DNA from: Candidatus Omnitrophota bacterium
Lineage (GTDB): Bacteria > Omnitrophota > Gorgyraeia > Zapsychrales > Zapsychraceae
DNA: 64,000 bases
Assembly (NCBI GenBank): GCA_015233115.1
Contig: JADFYJ010000001.1
Location: forward strand, 3,084 to 67,083
Reading direction: 5' to 3'
How positions within the stretch are numbered: the stretch's first letter is position 1; every line of letters starts with the position of its first letter. The notes under the pieces are model-generated. The model was not told the origin of the DNA. It was given only the letters and a program-made list of their open reading frames with translations, and did not search any database. The position numbers were made by a program, and so were the translations under genes. Positions 1 to 9,389 of this stretch are shown here, in pieces.

Positions 1-380
1 ATTTCCTGCCAGAGTAAAAATAAGGTATAGTATAAAAAGATATTTCCATAAGCGTTTATGAACCGGCGGTTTTTGGTCGATAAAAAGCCGCAGGACGATT
101 AAATTTAAAAACATGAGAATGATTTGAATTAAGTTAATCCAATATAAGCTTAGAAAGCTATTATGATAAGCTCTCAAAAAATAAAAATAAAATTTAACGG
201 GAGAATCTTCCCAGACAAATAAGAAAAGTTTTCTAAACCAGAGAAAACCGACGATAATAAGGTATAAGTCTAAGAAAATACTTGTTTTTTTGTTCATGCG
301 GTCTATTATGACAAAAAAATAATGTTCGTCATTAAAAAATAAAAATAATTGCAGTGGGATTATAAAATCAAGTTTGGTCG

Positions 381-490
381 TTTATGGTTGATAGTTTTTG
401 GTTTTTGGAAAAAGCAATTGATTCCGAATAATTAAAAATTAACAATCTTAACCAACAACCAACAACCAACAACCAACAACCAACAACTAA
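381..490. repeat. Intergenic inverted element with tandem heptamer arms (GGTTGAT/GGTTTTT ... AACCAAC x5)
   Basis: tggttgatagtttttggtttttgg on the left and (aaccaac)n on the right, ending just before the ridA RBS; aaaaagcaattg at the inner edge. Confidence 0.85.
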
Positions 491-508
491 AATTTTAAGG
501 AGTTTTAC

Positions 509-883
509 ATGGAATTTATTTCTTCTGATAAAGCGCCTAAGGCTGTCGGGCCTTATAGTCAGGCAATTTTGGTCGACGGATTTATGTTTTTATCCGGGCA
601 GATTCCACTTGATCCGGCTACAGGGCAGATTGCCGCAGGAGATATTGAAGTGCAAACTCATCAGGTCTTTAAAAATATTAGAGCTGTGTTAGCGGAAAAG
701 CAAATGACTCTTTATCATGTGTTGAAAACAACAGTTTTTATGAAAGATCTCGCGGATTATAAAAAAATGAACGCAGTTTATGATCAGCAATTTTCCGGGC
801 ACAAGCCGGCCCGTTCGACAGTGCAGGTCGCGGCCTTGCCGTTGGGTTCTTTAATTGAAATTGAATGTATCGCAAAAATTTAA
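509..883 (+). CDS. ridA: RidA/YjgF enamine-imine deaminase
   Basis: GPYSQA, SGQIP, PARSTVQV and IEIE motifs; AGGAG RBS. Confidence 0.92.
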   Translation: MEFISSDKAPKAVGPYSQAILVDGFMFLSGQIPLDPATGQIAAGDIEVQTHQVFKNIRAVLAEKQMTLYHVLKTTVFMKDLADYKKMNAVYDQQFSGHKPARSTVQVAALPLGSLIEIECIAKI

Positions 884-887
884 CTTT

Positions 888-942
888 AGGGGACATGATA
901 CTTAATTCTTGAAAATTTTTTGAATTAAGTTTCGTGTCCCCT
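888..942. repeat. GGGGAC...GTCCCC palindromic element / hairpin
   Basis: ggggacatgatacttaattc pairs with gaattaagtttcgtgtcccc (20 bp, 2 mismatches). Confidence 0.75.
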
Positions 943-964
943 TATAACGTGCTATATTAATTTC

Positions 965-1360
965 ATGACCGAAGAGTTTTTTAATAAAGTGGAACGGATT
1001 TGCGAGAAAGATTCCAGGTATAAACCGGAAGTGTATATTTTTGTCATGGAGTCTTTGGCCTATACCCAGAATAAATTTAAAATTCCTAAACATGTTACCA
1101 GCGAAGAGCTTTTACGGGGTATCAAAGATTTTTCAATAGAGTCATTCGGCCCTTTGGCGAAAACGGTTTTTAATCATTGGGGCGTGAAAGAAACTGCGGA
1201 TTTCGGTAATATTGTTTTTAATATGGTGAATAATAATGTTTTATCCAAAACAGAGCAGGATGACATTGATCAGTTTAAAAATCGTTTTGATTTTGAAAAA
1301 GTGTTTGGCCGAGATTATAGAGAAAGTTTAAATCAAAGAGTGAGCAAGTTAAGATTGTAA
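965..1360 (+). CDS. Minf_1886 family (PVC-associated) protein
   Basis: DxRY..YxFV, HVT..ELL.G, FGPLAxTVFNHWGV and DFGNIVFNMV patterns recalled for this family. Confidence 0.75.
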   Translation: MTEEFFNKVERICEKDSRYKPEVYIFVMESLAYTQNKFKIPKHVTSEELLRGIKDFSIESFGPLAKTVFNHWGVKETADFGNIVFNMVNNNVLSKTEQDDIDQFKNRFDFEKVFGRDYRESLNQRVSKLRL

Positions 1361-1367
1361 CGATGTT

Positions 1368-1476
1368 CGTAGGGGCGATCACCTGATCGCCCGTAACAAA
1401 ATTATCTTTTTTATTAAAAATGACGATTAGAAAAACAATTTGTTTGTGAGCGGGTGATCGGGAGATCGCCCCTACG
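1368..1476. repeat. GTAG-type REP doublet (REPIN-like)
   Basis: gtaggggcgatcacctgatcgccc ... gggtgatcgggagatcgcccctac in inverted orientation around an AT-rich spacer. Confidence 0.85.
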
Positions 1477-1528
1477 ACATGCTACATGCCATGTACTACA
1501 TGCGTGAATAATCGAAAGGAGTGATTCA

Positions 1529-2089
1529 ATGGCCGGTATTATTTTAGCTATTCTAGTCGGAATGTTTGTATTAGCTCTTGTCACTGTCGTATCGATTTAT
1601 AATTCTTTAATTCAAATCCGGGTTAGCGTGAAGAATGCCTGGTCGCAGATCGACGTGCAGTTAAAGCGCCGGCATGATTTGATTCCAAATTTGGTAAACG
1701 TGGCAAAGGGTTATATGGCGCATGAACGCCAGACACTTGAGGCAGTTATTAAAGCGAGACAACAAGCGATCGATGCCAGCACACTAAAAGATAAACAACA
1801 GGCTGAGAATTTTTTGAGCAGTACTTTACGTTCATTATTTGCGGTTTCTGAAAATTATCCGAATCTTAAAGCTGACCAGCAAATGAAGCAATTACAGGAA
1901 GAGCTCGTCTCAACAGAAAATAAAATTGCTTTTGCCAGACAATTTTATAATGATGAAGCTGGCCGGTATAACACGGCTATTCAAACAGTCCCCAATAATA
2001 TCATTGCTTCAACATTTCATTTTGAGGCCCAGGAATTTTTCCAAATTCAAGACGCAGCAGAAAAGCAGGCACCTGAAGTTAAATTTTAA
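1529..2089 (+). CDS. lemA: LemA family protein
   Basis: YN.L, WSQIDVQLKRRHDLIPNLV, ENYPNLKAD and ARQFYN motifs. Confidence 0.93.
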   Translation: MAGIILAILVGMFVLALVTVVSIYNSLIQIRVSVKNAWSQIDVQLKRRHDLIPNLVNVAKGYMAHERQTLEAVIKARQQAIDASTLKDKQQAENFLSSTLRSLFAVSENYPNLKADQQMKQLQEELVSTENKIAFARQFYNDEAGRYNTAIQTVPNNIIASTFHFEAQEFFQIQDAAEKQAPEVKF

Positions 2090-2092
2090 TCC

Positions 2093-3769
2093 ATGCCTTA
2101 TTCCTTTGTCGAAATAGAGAGACAAAAAACTCATACTATAAAATGGGTGTTGTTCTTTTTATTGCTGATTTATGTTTGCTCCTTCCTGATTATTTATCTC
2201 ATATGTAAAAATTGGTTTATGTATAAAACGGCTTCGTCTTCGTCGGAATATTATCATTGGCAATGGTTTTCCTTTAAAGAAATGCTGTGGGCATTTATGG
2301 CTGCGGCGTTGGTTGTGCTTTGGCAATGGTTGGTGGCAACTTCTGAATTAATGAATCGCTTTATTGGCATTTTGAACGCAGAACCGGCTAATAAAAATGA
2401 TGCTTACCATCATGTTTTTATGAATATCGTCGAAGAGGTGTCAGTTGCGACTGGGGGAAAAAAGATGGAGCCTTTTGTCGTGCCGACTATGGCGATGAAT
2501 GCTTTTGCTATATCTGATTTCCGGGGCCGCTCTATTATTGGAGTCACAGAAGGTTTGTTAGCGCGTCTGAATCGTCAGCAGATAGAGGCAGTGGTTGGGC
2601 ATGAAGCTGCTCATATTGCTTCTGGTGATTCAGCTCAAACAACGGTTATCAGTTCCTTATTCGAAGGATATAACGCGGCGATTGCTGGTGTGGAAGGAAT
2701 GTTTGGACGAACCAGGAGTTCAAGCTCGCGGAATTCTTTTATGGGATTGGTGATTATTATTTATATCGTCTTGATCATATCGCGATTTATGGCAACCTTG
2801 CTGAAAATGTTTATCGCGCGGGAGCGGGAATACCGCGCTGATGCGATTGCCGTTCGTCTTACTCGGGATCCTTTAAGCCTGGCTGAAGCACTTTACGCGA
2901 TTACGTATCATTGGAAATTACAAGGCATGCCGAGCGCGGAATTAGATTCTATTTTTACGGTCAGTCCTAATCTGACCCCTGATAAAGAGGGAAATAGTTT
3001 AACCGATGAATTGTTCCAGACGCATCCGCCGGTTTTGGATCGCATAAAAATTCTTTTGGACATGGCGCATACAGATCTTAAGAATTTGGTCGAGGACGTG
3101 GACGCTAAAATAGATCATGCGCGGATTGAGGCTCCCGAATTAACTAACCATACGGCACCGACTGGAACCTGGATGGTCAATCATGACAATCAGTGGGAAG
3201 GGCCGTATGGGTTGCAACAAATATCAGGATTGGTTTGGTTCAGACCAGATATGTGGGTAAAGCGCATGGGTGAGGAAACCGTCAAATTCGCGTATGATGA
3301 TCAGGATTTAATTACTATGTTTAAACAACAACATGCAACAGCAGAAGGGGCGATGTGCTGCCCCAAATGTCATGTGGGTCTTGGTGATTTAGAATATGAA
3401 GGCGTTTTAGTCCGTCGTTGTCTGGCCTGCGGCGGCACATTAGTCGGGGAAACGGATGTCCAGAGAATCATTATCCGTCCGGAAGTCGGATTCAGTGACC
3501 GTATTAAAAAAATCGGGGATCAGATTGATAAAAATTATGAAGTTTGGGCCGGACAAAAAATTGACCGCAGTCCAGCGAATTTATTTACGTGCCCCAAATG
3601 CGCCAATGACCGTTGTAAAATGAACCGCATGTTTTATACGGCCGCGTATCAAGTCGAAATAGATAAATGTTTTTATTGTGGTTTGGTGTGGTTTGATAAA
3701 GATGAGTTAGAAATTCTGCAATATATTGTTGAAAAAAGATCGTTGAGCAGCTATGACAACAAATACTGA
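2093..3769 (+). CDS. HtpX-like M48 zinc metalloprotease with C-terminal GYF-like and CxxC zinc-ribbon domains
   Basis: NAFA, HEAAH, REREYRADA and THPP motifs; C-terminal CPKC..CLAC and CPKC..CFYC; follows lemA. Confidence 0.85.
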   Translation: MPYSFVEIERQKTHTIKWVLFFLLLIYVCSFLIIYLICKNWFMYKTASSSSEYYHWQWFSFKEMLWAFMAAALVVLWQWLVATSELMNRFIGILNAEPANKNDAYHHVFMNIVEEVSVATGGKKMEPFVVPTMAMNAFAISDFRGRSIIGVTEGLLARLNRQQIEAVVGHEAAHIASGDSAQTTVISSLFEGYNAAIAGVEGMFGRTRSSSSRNSFMGLVIIIYIVLIISRFMATLLKMFIAREREYRADAIAVRLTRDPLSLAEALYAITYHWKLQGMPSAELDSIFTVSPNLTPDKEGNSLTDELFQTHPPVLDRIKILLDMAHTDLKNLVEDVDAKIDHARIEAPELTNHTAPTGTWMVNHDNQWEGPYGLQQISGLVWFRPDMWVKRMGEETVKFAYDDQDLITMFKQQHATAEGAMCCPKCHVGLGDLEYEGVLVRRCLACGGTLVGETDVQRIIIRPEVGFSDRIKKIGDQIDKNYEVWAGQKIDRSPANLFTCPKCANDRCKMNRMFYTAAYQVEIDKCFYCGLVWFDKDELEILQYIVEKRSLSSYDNKY

Positions 3770-5846
3770 TCTATCTCAAATATCGGTCCAGTTTATCAAA
3801 GGTGTGGGGCCAGCCAAAAAGAAATTGTTTTCTAATTTAGGCATTGAATCTGTCGAGGATTTGTTGTATTTTTTTCCCCGCCGTTATGAAGACCGCAGAA
3901 ATTTATGCCCGATCGCGCAGGTTTTAATTGGCGAATTTCAATCCATATGCGGAACAGTCGAATCGTGTGTTGAGCGTAGATCGTTTTACAATCGCAAATC
4001 TGTGACTGAAGTGGTCTTAGATGATAAAAGCGGAAAAATCTGGTGCGTTTGGTTTAACCAGCCGTATTTAAAATCCTATTTTAAAAAAGGCACAAAAGTT
4101 ATTTGCTATGGTCGCGCAGATACTTATAAAAATCGTATTCAAATGGTTTCCCCCGAATATGAAGTGATTGACCTTGAAGAAGCAGAGGGACAAGCTTTTA
4201 AATCTATTGTCCCGGTTTATTCTCTGACCAGGGGCATGGGCCAACGGTACATCCGTAAAACAATAAAGCAAGGCATTGATAAATTTAAAGATCAGCTTCT
4301 AGATGAACTACCTGTTTCTCTGCGCAATAAATATCATTTAGCCAATATTAAGCATTGCATTGAAGCCATACACTTTCCCCAAACGTTCGAAGAGCAAGAA
4401 ACAGCTTTACGCCGGGTTTCATTCGAAGAATTTTATTTCTTTCAAATATCAGTTATTTTGCGGCGCTTAAGCATTAAACGTAAAAAAGGCATCACCCAAC
4501 AAAGCACAGATTCGGCGGCGTTGGAATTTATCAATGGATTTCCCTTTGCTCTGACAAATGCTCAAAAAAAATCGATTAGGGATATACGCGCGGATATGGC
4601 AGGGACATCGCCTATGCTACGAATGATTCAAGGTGATGTGGGTTCTGGAAAAACTTTGGTAGCGTTATTCGGATGTTATACCGCGTATAAGAACGGCTAT
4701 CAATCCTGCATCATGGCTCCGACAGAAATTTTAGCCCGCCAGCATTATGAGAGCATATTAAAGTTCGCGGAAAAAGGGCCTTTAAAAGGTATAAGGGTTG
4801 CTTTGCTGGTCAGCGGGCTCAAGAAAAAAGAGCGGGATGATATTTATGCTGCGATTGCTGAAGGAAAAGTTGATCTGATTGTCGGTACGCATGCTTTAAT
4901 TTGCGAAGAGCTAAATTTTAAAAATCTCAGTTTAGTGGTTATTGATGAACAGCATAAATTCGGAGTCCGTCAACGCGCTTTGTTAAGCGAAAAAGGAAAA
5001 AATCCTCATGTTCTCATTATGACTGCTACTCCTATACCCAGAACATTGTGCATCACGCTTTACGGTGACTTGGACTTGTCCGTGATTGATGAAATGCCTC
5101 CGGGCAGGGGTAAAATTCACACTGTCCATAAATCGCATGAAGAAGAGAAAGCTGTATATGAAAAAGTAAAAACACTTTTGGCGAAAGGCACGCAGGCGTA
5201 TTTTGTCTATCCCATTATCGACGAGTCGGAAACTTTGGATCTAAAAGCCGCAGAAGATATGTATCAGGATTTTAAGACCAATGTTTTTAAAGACTGGCCC
5301 GTCGGTTTGATCCACGGAAAAATGAAGCAGGCAGATGTGGAACAGGTCATGCTGGATTTCAAAGCCGGAAAAATTAAAGTGTTAGTCGCGACGACAGTAC
5401 TGGAAGTCGGAATTGATGTGCCGAACGCGAATGTCATGGTCATCGAACATGCTGAACGCTTTGGATTAGCCCAGCTTCACCAGTTAAGAGGACGTATCGG
5501 CCGCAGTACCCAGGACGCGTTATGTGTTTTAGTTTCAGATCCCACAACACCTGAAGGTCAAAAACGTCTGCATGCGATTCTCTCCACTACCAATGGTTTT
5601 AAAATCGCGGAAGAAGATTTGCAGATCCGCGGCCCCGGACATTTTTTTGGACGCCATCAGCACGGTCTTAATGAATTAAAAGTAGCCAATCCTTTAAGCC
5701 AAATGGAAGTATTAGAATTAGCTCGCAAAGAAGCCTTCGCATTAACTTCACAAGATCCTGCCTTGCAGAACAAAGAACACCAGCGCATCAAAGCCATCAT
5801 CAAAAAACGCTATCCGCATTATCTAGCCATGGTCGCGGCAGGGTAA
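3753..5846 (+). CDS. recG: ATP-dependent DNA helicase RecG
   Basis: GDVGSGKT, DEQHKFG, TATPIPRT and QLRGRIGR motifs. Confidence 0.97.
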   Translation: MTTNTDLSQISVQFIKGVGPAKKKLFSNLGIESVEDLLYFFPRRYEDRRNLCPIAQVLIGEFQSICGTVESCVERRSFYNRKSVTEVVLDDKSGKIWCVWFNQPYLKSYFKKGTKVICYGRADTYKNRIQMVSPEYEVIDLEEAEGQAFKSIVPVYSLTRGMGQRYIRKTIKQGIDKFKDQLLDELPVSLRNKYHLANIKHCIEAIHFPQTFEEQETALRRVSFEEFYFFQISVILRRLSIKRKKGITQQSTDSAALEFINGFPFALTNAQKKSIRDIRADMAGTSPMLRMIQGDVGSGKTLVALFGCYTAYKNGYQSCIMAPTEILARQHYESILKFAEKGPLKGIRVALLVSGLKKKERDDIYAAIAEGKVDLIVGTHALICEELNFKNLSLVVIDEQHKFGVRQRALLSEKGKNPHVLIMTATPIPRTLCITLYGDLDLSVIDEMPPGRGKIHTVHKSHEEEKAVYEKVKTLLAKGTQAYFVYPIIDESETLDLKAAEDMYQDFKTNVFKDWPVGLIHGKMKQADVEQVMLDFKAGKIKVLVATTVLEVGIDVPNANVMVIEHAERFGLAQLHQLRGRIGRSTQDALCVLVSDPTTPEGQKRLHAILSTTNGFKIAEEDLQIRGPGHFFGRHQHGLNELKVANPLSQMEVLELARKEAFALTSQDPALQNKEHQRIKAIIKKRYPHYLAMVAAG

Positions 5847-5868
5847 TTTAAATTTTCTTGTAATACTT

Positions 5869-5885
5869 GTATAACAATGTTATAC
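5869..5885. promoter_or_regulatory. Palindromic operator upstream of the TA operon
   Basis: GTATAACA-A-TGTTATAC, a perfect 8-bp inverted repeat 25 nt before the antitoxin ATG. Confidence 0.65.
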
Positions 5886-5909
5886 TTTTGTTGTAAAAGG
5901 AGAGAGAAT

Positions 5910-6128
5910 ATGACTTTATTAAAAGCATTTCGTTTGCCGTCTGGATTGGTTGATAGATTATCCTCATTAGCCAAAGCTACGCATCGCAGTGAAACTTTTT
6001 ATGTTACTGATGCTTTAGCGCATTATCTGGAAGACTATGCCGATGCCCAAATTGCCAAAGACCGCTTTAATGACCCAAAATCCAAGATTATTTCTGGCGC
6101 ACAATTAAGGAAACAGCTTGGTGTATAA
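5910..6128 (+). CDS. RHH antitoxin (RelB-like); likely start is ATG 5910 after AGGAG
   Basis: Small RHH-like protein (AFRLP...L..LA..T.RS..FYV..AL..YLEDYAD) overlapping a RelE gene. Confidence 0.82.
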   Translation: MTLLKAFRLPSGLVDRLSSLAKATHRSETFYVTDALAHYLEDYADAQIAKDRFNDPKSKIISGAQLRKQLGV

Positions 6129-6378
6129 AGTTGATTATCTTAATTCAGTTGATGAAGATCTTCAGAAACTCGATAAATCAACAGTTAAAAAAATCCTTAA
6201 ACGTATCGAGACTTATCTTGCTCAAGACCCAAAAGAATTAGGTAAGCCTTTAAAAGGGGAATTTCAAGGTTATTGGCGATACCGATGGGGCGATTATCGG
6301 GTGATTTATAAAATATCAGAAGAAGAAATTTTGATTATTGTTTTACGTATTAGTAACAGAAAAGATGTCTATATTTAG
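6118..6378 (+). CDS. relE: RelE/ParE family toxin
   Basis: GKPLKG..QGYWRYRWGDYRVIY..RKDVY. Confidence 0.9.
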   Translation: MVYKVDYLNSVDEDLQKLDKSTVKKILKRIETYLAQDPKELGKPLKGEFQGYWRYRWGDYRVIYKISEEEILIIVLRISNRKDVYI

Positions 6379-6387
6379 AAAGATACT

Positions 6388-6981
6388 ATGAAAATTAGCG
6401 GTGGACAATATAGGGGTAGGAATATTTATATGCCAGGGCATATCCGGCCAACGCAGCTGGTAACCCGTAAGGCTGTGTTTGATATTATTGGGCATGATTT
6501 AACGGGTTTGACTTTTTTAGAGCTTTTTGCCGGAAGCGGGGCTATGGGGTTGGATGCTTTGTCGCGTGGAGCGGAAAGGGTGATTTTTGTGGAAAAAGAT
6601 CCTAAATGCCTGGAGGTGATCAGGGAAAATTTGGGCATGCTGCCGCTGGAATTTGATTCAAAAGCCGGTTGGCCATATGAAATTCATGAAGGGGACGCTT
6701 TATTTACTTCCAAAGAGTTTTCCCGCCAAAATCGTAAATTTGATATTGTTTTTGTGGATCCGCCATATGGGATGGCTTTGGGAAAAAAGAGCTTGAAAAC
6801 CCTGGAAGCGTATGATATATTACACCCCACTTCGGAGCTGATTATACAACACGAAGAAGGCGAGATTCTACCTGAAAGTTTAGGTAGATTTTGTCTTTAT
6901 AAGCACCGATTATACGGGAAATCAGCGATTGATATATATCATGTGAGCGAGAATCAAATAAGTGACCAAGTGACAGAGTAA
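6388..6981 (+). CDS. rsmD: 16S rRNA m2G966 methyltransferase
   Basis: IRPT, LFAGSGAMG and DPPY motifs; next to coaD. Confidence 0.92.
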   Translation: MKISGGQYRGRNIYMPGHIRPTQLVTRKAVFDIIGHDLTGLTFLELFAGSGAMGLDALSRGAERVIFVEKDPKCLEVIRENLGMLPLEFDSKAGWPYEIHEGDALFTSKEFSRQNRKFDIVFVDPPYGMALGKKSLKTLEAYDILHPTSELIIQHEEGEILPESLGRFCLYKHRLYGKSAIDIYHVSENQISDQVTE

Positions 6982-7196
6982 CCGAGTAACAGAGAAAAAG
7001 CGATTGCTTAAAAGCGATAGATTGGCCAAGTTCTGTTATAGAAGTTAATAAGAAAAGTCTGTTAAAAATATTATAAGATTTGTTATTTCATGTTTAGGCG
7101 TATTTTATTAATTTTTATCTTTTGAAGAATTTTTGATTTTTTAACGTTTTATTGTTTTTTACTTTGTTACTCTGTTACTAGGTTACTCGGTTACTA
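6961..7196. repeat. Intergenic inverted element with tandem octamer arms (GAGTAACC ... GGTTACTC)
   Basis: agtgaccaagtgacagagtaaccgagtaacagag ... ctttgttactctgttactaggttactcggttact; the left arm contains the rsmD stop; aaaaagcgattg inside. Confidence 0.85.
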
Positions 7197-7214
7197 TTAA
7201 GATAGGATAACCAG

Positions 7215-7700
7215 ATGTCTAAACGAGCACTGTATCCCGGGACTTTTGATCCGATTACCTTAGGGCATTTGGACGTGATCAAACGCGCGGCTATGGTTTT
7301 TGATGAGGTTGTGGTCGGAGTAGCTAGCAATCAGCGCAAGAATACGTTATTTTCGAAGGAAGAACGCGTGGCCATGATCCGGGAAGTGGTTAAAGATATT
7401 CCCCGGGTTAAGGTTGTTGACTTTGACGGTTTGGTTATTAATTTCGCGAAAAAGAATGATTTGCATGTGTTGATACGTGGTTTGCGGGCGGTATCGGATT
7501 TTGAATATGAATTACAAATGGCTTTAACCAACCGCAGATTGGCGGAAGATATTGAAACGGTTTTTTTGATGCCATCGCAGAATTATTTATTTTTATCATC
7601 GACGACGGTGAAAGAAGCTGCGTACTTAGGCGCGGATGTTTCGTCTTTTGTCCCTGAAGTCGCGGAACGTTTTTTAAAAGAAAAATTTAAGAAGAGCTAA
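7215..7700 (+). CDS. coaD: Phosphopantetheine adenylyltransferase
   Basis: YPGTFDPITLGHLD, RGLR.VSDFEYE. Confidence 0.97.
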   Translation: MSKRALYPGTFDPITLGHLDVIKRAAMVFDEVVVGVASNQRKNTLFSKEERVAMIREVVKDIPRVKVVDFDGLVINFAKKNDLHVLIRGLRAVSDFEYELQMALTNRRLAEDIETVFLMPSQNYLFLSSTTVKEAAYLGADVSSFVPEVAERFLKEKFKKS

Positions 7701-7704
7701 GCTG

Positions 7705-8115
7705 ATGAAAGTTATTGTACGCGATCTGGGTACGGAAGAAAATGTAATGACCGGTGAAATAAAACCGGAAATCGTCGGAAATGAAGACGCGATCAGGTTT
7801 ACGAAGCCAATCAAGGTAGCGGCTAAAGTTCAGCGGGTCGATAATACTTTGGTCGTTAAAGTGAAGGTGGATTCAGGTTTTGCGTCAATTTGCAGCCGCT
7901 GTGCCGAGGACGTGGTGAGTGATTTACAAAGTGAATTCTGGCTGGATTTTGATATACCAGCAGGAGTTGAAACTATAGAATTAGATGATGATATCAGGCA
8001 GGAAATTTTAGTGGGTTTGCCGGTCAAAATTTTATGTATGGAAAATTGTCAGGGGTTATGTCCCCGGTGTGGAAAAAATTTAAATCAAGTTCAATGTCAG
8101 TGTAAAAAGGATTAA
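7705..8115 (+). CDS. yceD: YceD/DUF177 family protein
   Basis: CSRC and LC..NCQGLCPRCG motifs; upstream of rpmF. Confidence 0.88.
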   Translation: MKVIVRDLGTEENVMTGEIKPEIVGNEDAIRFTKPIKVAAKVQRVDNTLVVKVKVDSGFASICSRCAEDVVSDLQSEFWLDFDIPAGVETIELDDDIRQEILVGLPVKILCMENCQGLCPRCGKNLNQVQCQCKKD

Positions 8116-8122
8116 TTAAGCT

Positions 8123-8329
8123 ATGCCAAATCCAAAACGTCAACATTCCGTTCAACGACAACGTAAAAGACGCACTCATTTTAAAATTTCTGCTCCTAAT
8201 TTGAGCGTGTGTGCAAATTGTCAAAAACCGGTTATTTCTCACCGTATTTGTCCGTTTTGCGGCCATTATAAAGGTCAGATGATCGTTGATATGACTCCGG
8301 AAGTTAAAGAAGTAGAACCTAAAAAATAA
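8123..8329 (+). CDS. rpmF: 50S ribosomal protein L32
   Basis: MPNPKR..S..R..KRRTH, CxxC..HRICxxCG.YKG. Confidence 0.95.
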   Translation: MPNPKRQHSVQRQRKRRTHFKISAPNLSVCANCQKPVISHRICPFCGHYKGQMIVDMTPEVKEVEPKK

Positions 8330-8396
8330 TTAATTTTTTTGATAAATAGGGCGCTGTCCCCTATTTTCGGTTACTTTTACACAATGGGGAAATAAA

Positions 8397-9386
8397 ATGA
8401 AAATAGTCGTTGATGCCATGGGGGGGGATTACGCGCCGAAAAATGTTATTGCCGGCGTTGTAGAGGCGATCAAGGAATTTGATGTTCAAATTGTTTTGAC
8501 TGGCGTTAAAGAGCAAATCGAAAATGAGCTGAAGCTGTATCATTATCCTGCCGGCCGCATTGAAATTGTGCATACGGATGAAGTCGTAGGCATGGATGAA
8601 CCAGCTACAGTAACGATCCGGAAAAAACGTAATTCTTCTATATCCGTCGGTCTGCGCCTTTTAAAAGAACAAGGGTACGATGCCTTTATCAGTGCCGGGA
8701 ATACCGGTGCTGTGGTCGCAGCCGCGACTTTTAATTTAGGCATGCTTCCCGGCGTCAGCCGCCCGGCGATTGGTTTAGTTATTCCGACGCTTAAAGGCGT
8801 TGCTTTTATTATTGATGTGGGCGCGAATGCTGATCCTAAACCCGAACATTTATGTCAATCTGGAAAAATGTCTAAAGCCTATATGAATGCGGTTTTAGGT
8901 GTTCAGAATCCTACTGTCGGACTAGTCAACATCGGCGAAGAAGAGGGCAAGGGGACGGAATTTCAAAAAGAATCTTACCGCTTAATGTCTGAATCGATCA
9001 GTACGTTTATCGGAAATATTGAACCGAATGAAATTTATAAAGGAAAAAGTGATTGCATTATCTGCGGCGGTTTTGTGGGGAATGTTATATTAAAAGTGTC
9101 TGAAGGTTTGATGGAAGCCAGCAGTATACTCATCAAACGTGAGATCAAGAAAAGTCCGGTGGCTTTGCTGGGAGCGTTCTTGATGAAGAAAAAATTAACG
9201 CATATTAAAAAACTAGCCGACTACTCCGAATACGGAGGTGCTCCGCTTCTTGGTGTCAATGGAATTGTTATGATCAGTCACGGGCGTTCCAGTCCTAAAG
9301 CGATTAAAAACGCGATCCGGGCTTCGATTCGTGAGATCGAACATAAAATTCTCGACGTGATGGCCAAGGAAGTTTCCGCGAGTTAA
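8397..9386 (+). CDS. plsX: Phosphate acyltransferase
   Basis: VDAMGGDYAP, SAGNTGA, YGGAPLLGV. Confidence 0.96.
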   Translation: MKIVVDAMGGDYAPKNVIAGVVEAIKEFDVQIVLTGVKEQIENELKLYHYPAGRIEIVHTDEVVGMDEPATVTIRKKRNSSISVGLRLLKEQGYDAFISAGNTGAVVAAATFNLGMLPGVSRPAIGLVIPTLKGVAFIIDVGANADPKPEHLCQSGKMSKAYMNAVLGVQNPTVGLVNIGEEEGKGTEFQKESYRLMSESISTFIGNIEPNEIYKGKSDCIICGGFVGNVILKVSEGLMEASSILIKREIKKSPVALLGAFLMKKKLTHIKKLADYSEYGGAPLLGVNGIVMISHGRSSPKAIKNAIRASIREIEHKILDVMAKEVSAS

Positions 9387-9389
9387 TCC

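Noticed and set aside
1-380. Small hairpin (ggcggtttttgg..aaaaagccgc) and AT-rich leader
   Set aside because: No recognisable RNA gene or ORF; insufficient evidence.
8344-8366. Hairpin AAATAGGG..CCCTATTT between rpmF and plsX
   Set aside because: A possible weak terminator or relative of the GGGGAC element, but too short to call.
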